From Octopus vulgaris (taxonomy: Eukaryota), in contig OX597816.1 in NCBI GenBank assembly GCA_951406725.2, positions 20,708,001 through 20,772,000 of the forward strand: 64,000 nt of DNA, in the 5' to 3' direction. Below, piece by piece: positions 63,037 to 64,000 of the stretch. Below the pieces are notes generated by a model. The model saw nothing but the letters and a program-made list of their open reading frames with translations, had not been told where the DNA came from and made no database searches. Every line of letters starts with the position of its first letter. Within the stretch, counting starts at the first letter, position 1. Both the position numbers and the translations under genes were made by a program.

Positions 63037-63069
<33 letters not shown>

Positions 63070-63077
<8 letters not shown>

Positions 63078-63510
63078 GAAAAAAGTCAAGATAGAAAATG
63101 CTAAAATAATTTTATAAAAACATTTCAGTACCGGTTTCAGTCATTGAGACTTTTTCAACTGTAACAATTTAATAATTAAATTTAGAAAAATTTGTTTTTT
63201 TAAAAGAATATTTGTATAGTATTCAAATACAAGGGGCATTTTCCTTTTTTTTCTGCCTGTCTCTGCCTGCCTTCTGACAGAGACAGGCAGAAACAAGGAA
63301 AATGTCACTTGTATTTGAACACTATAAAAATATTCTTTTAAAAAAACTTTTCTTTTAATTTTTCTAAATTTAATTATTTAATTGTTTCAGTTGAAAAGTC
63401 TCAATGACTGAAACCGGTACTGAAATGTTTTTTATAAAATTATTTTAACATTTTCTATCTTGACTTTTTTTCCATATATATCAACTCGTGTGTTCCTTTT
63501 CATTCTTATA
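63070..63510. mobile_element. ~400-bp foldback (inverted Penelope-like pLTR pair) with a U3-A8 hammerhead motif in each arm
   Basis: Arms ~63070-63265 and ~63278-63479. Plus-strand motif 63385-63425: UUUCAG-UUGAAAA-GUC-UCAAU-GACU-GAAAC-CG-GUA-CUGAAA. Confidence 0.75.
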
Positions 63511-63518
63511 CATATATA

Positions 63519-63710
63519 AGCACAAAAAAACACAACAACGCGAGGACGTGGAACAAATATAGTATTATTGGACGCTCAAGAAAGAAGGAAAGAAGGTGGG
63601 TTTAACGTTTCGAGCGGAGCTCTTCGTCAGAAACATAGGAGAAGGAAAGATCCAGAGAAGGGAAGACAGAGGGAAAAAATCGCCAACGGTACACACGAGG
63701 TCACATTTTG

Positions 63711-63713
<3 letters not shown>
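63519..63713 (-). mobile_element. Penelope-like H1 pLTR remnant
   Basis: Homologous to 2243-2446 and 11022-11224. Confidence 0.75.
63600..63634 (-). ncRNA. Minimal type I hammerhead ribozyme motif with an intact core
   Basis: GUUU-CUGACGA-A-GAGC-UCC-GCUC-GAAAC-GUU-AAAC. Stem I GUUU/AAAC, stem II GAGC/GCUC, palindromic AACGUU in place of stem III. Confidence 0.75.
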
Positions 63714-63765
<52 letters not shown>

Positions 63766-64000
63766 TGTATGTATGTATGTATGTATGTATGTATGTATAC
63801 AGAAAACATATGTTAGATAATAATGGTGATGATATATACATTTCTAAGCCATACCTTAAGCTGATGGGTCATTGTGCTTGAGATATATAAAGGTTTCTCT
63901 TTTTGCATTGTAAGAAACTCCCCATGTTCATTGTTATTTTATATATAAGTAAGCAAAGAAGCACCTACATACACAAAAAATAAAACCTACATTAATGTAG

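Overview
AT-rich, repeat-saturated animal genomic DNA. The tRNA-derived SINE repertoire and microsatellite load point to a cephalopod, probably octopus (inference). I found no intact host protein-coding gene, and almost all ORF-track entries are microsatellite or SINE translations. The window is a layered transposon graveyard: (i) several tRNA-headed SINE families (called A, B and C here); (ii) LINE remnants of the CR1/L2-like, RTE (with a ~65-bp minisatellite 3'UTR and (GAT)n tail) and R4/Dong-like (in TAA repeats) types; (iii) a Penelope-like element with a GIY-YIG ORF and a 288-bp inverted pLTR; (iv) a decayed hAT (Charlie/SPIN/GTF2IRD2-like) transposase split by ~2.8 kb of nested insertions; (v) mariner and Tc1/maT remnants plus several MITEs with TSDs. 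It also holds a 12-unit, ~271-bp SINE-head tandem array (25.7-29.3 kb) and a ~3.06-kb near-identical duplication across a 100-N gap, most likely an assembly overlap. The most interesting signal is at the RNA level: several sequence-distinct Penelope-type repeat families carry minimal hammerhead ribozyme motifs, and two foldback families carry a compensatory U3-A8 core (UUGAAAA) instead of C3-G8. All calls were made by eye, and coordinates of decayed elements are approximate.
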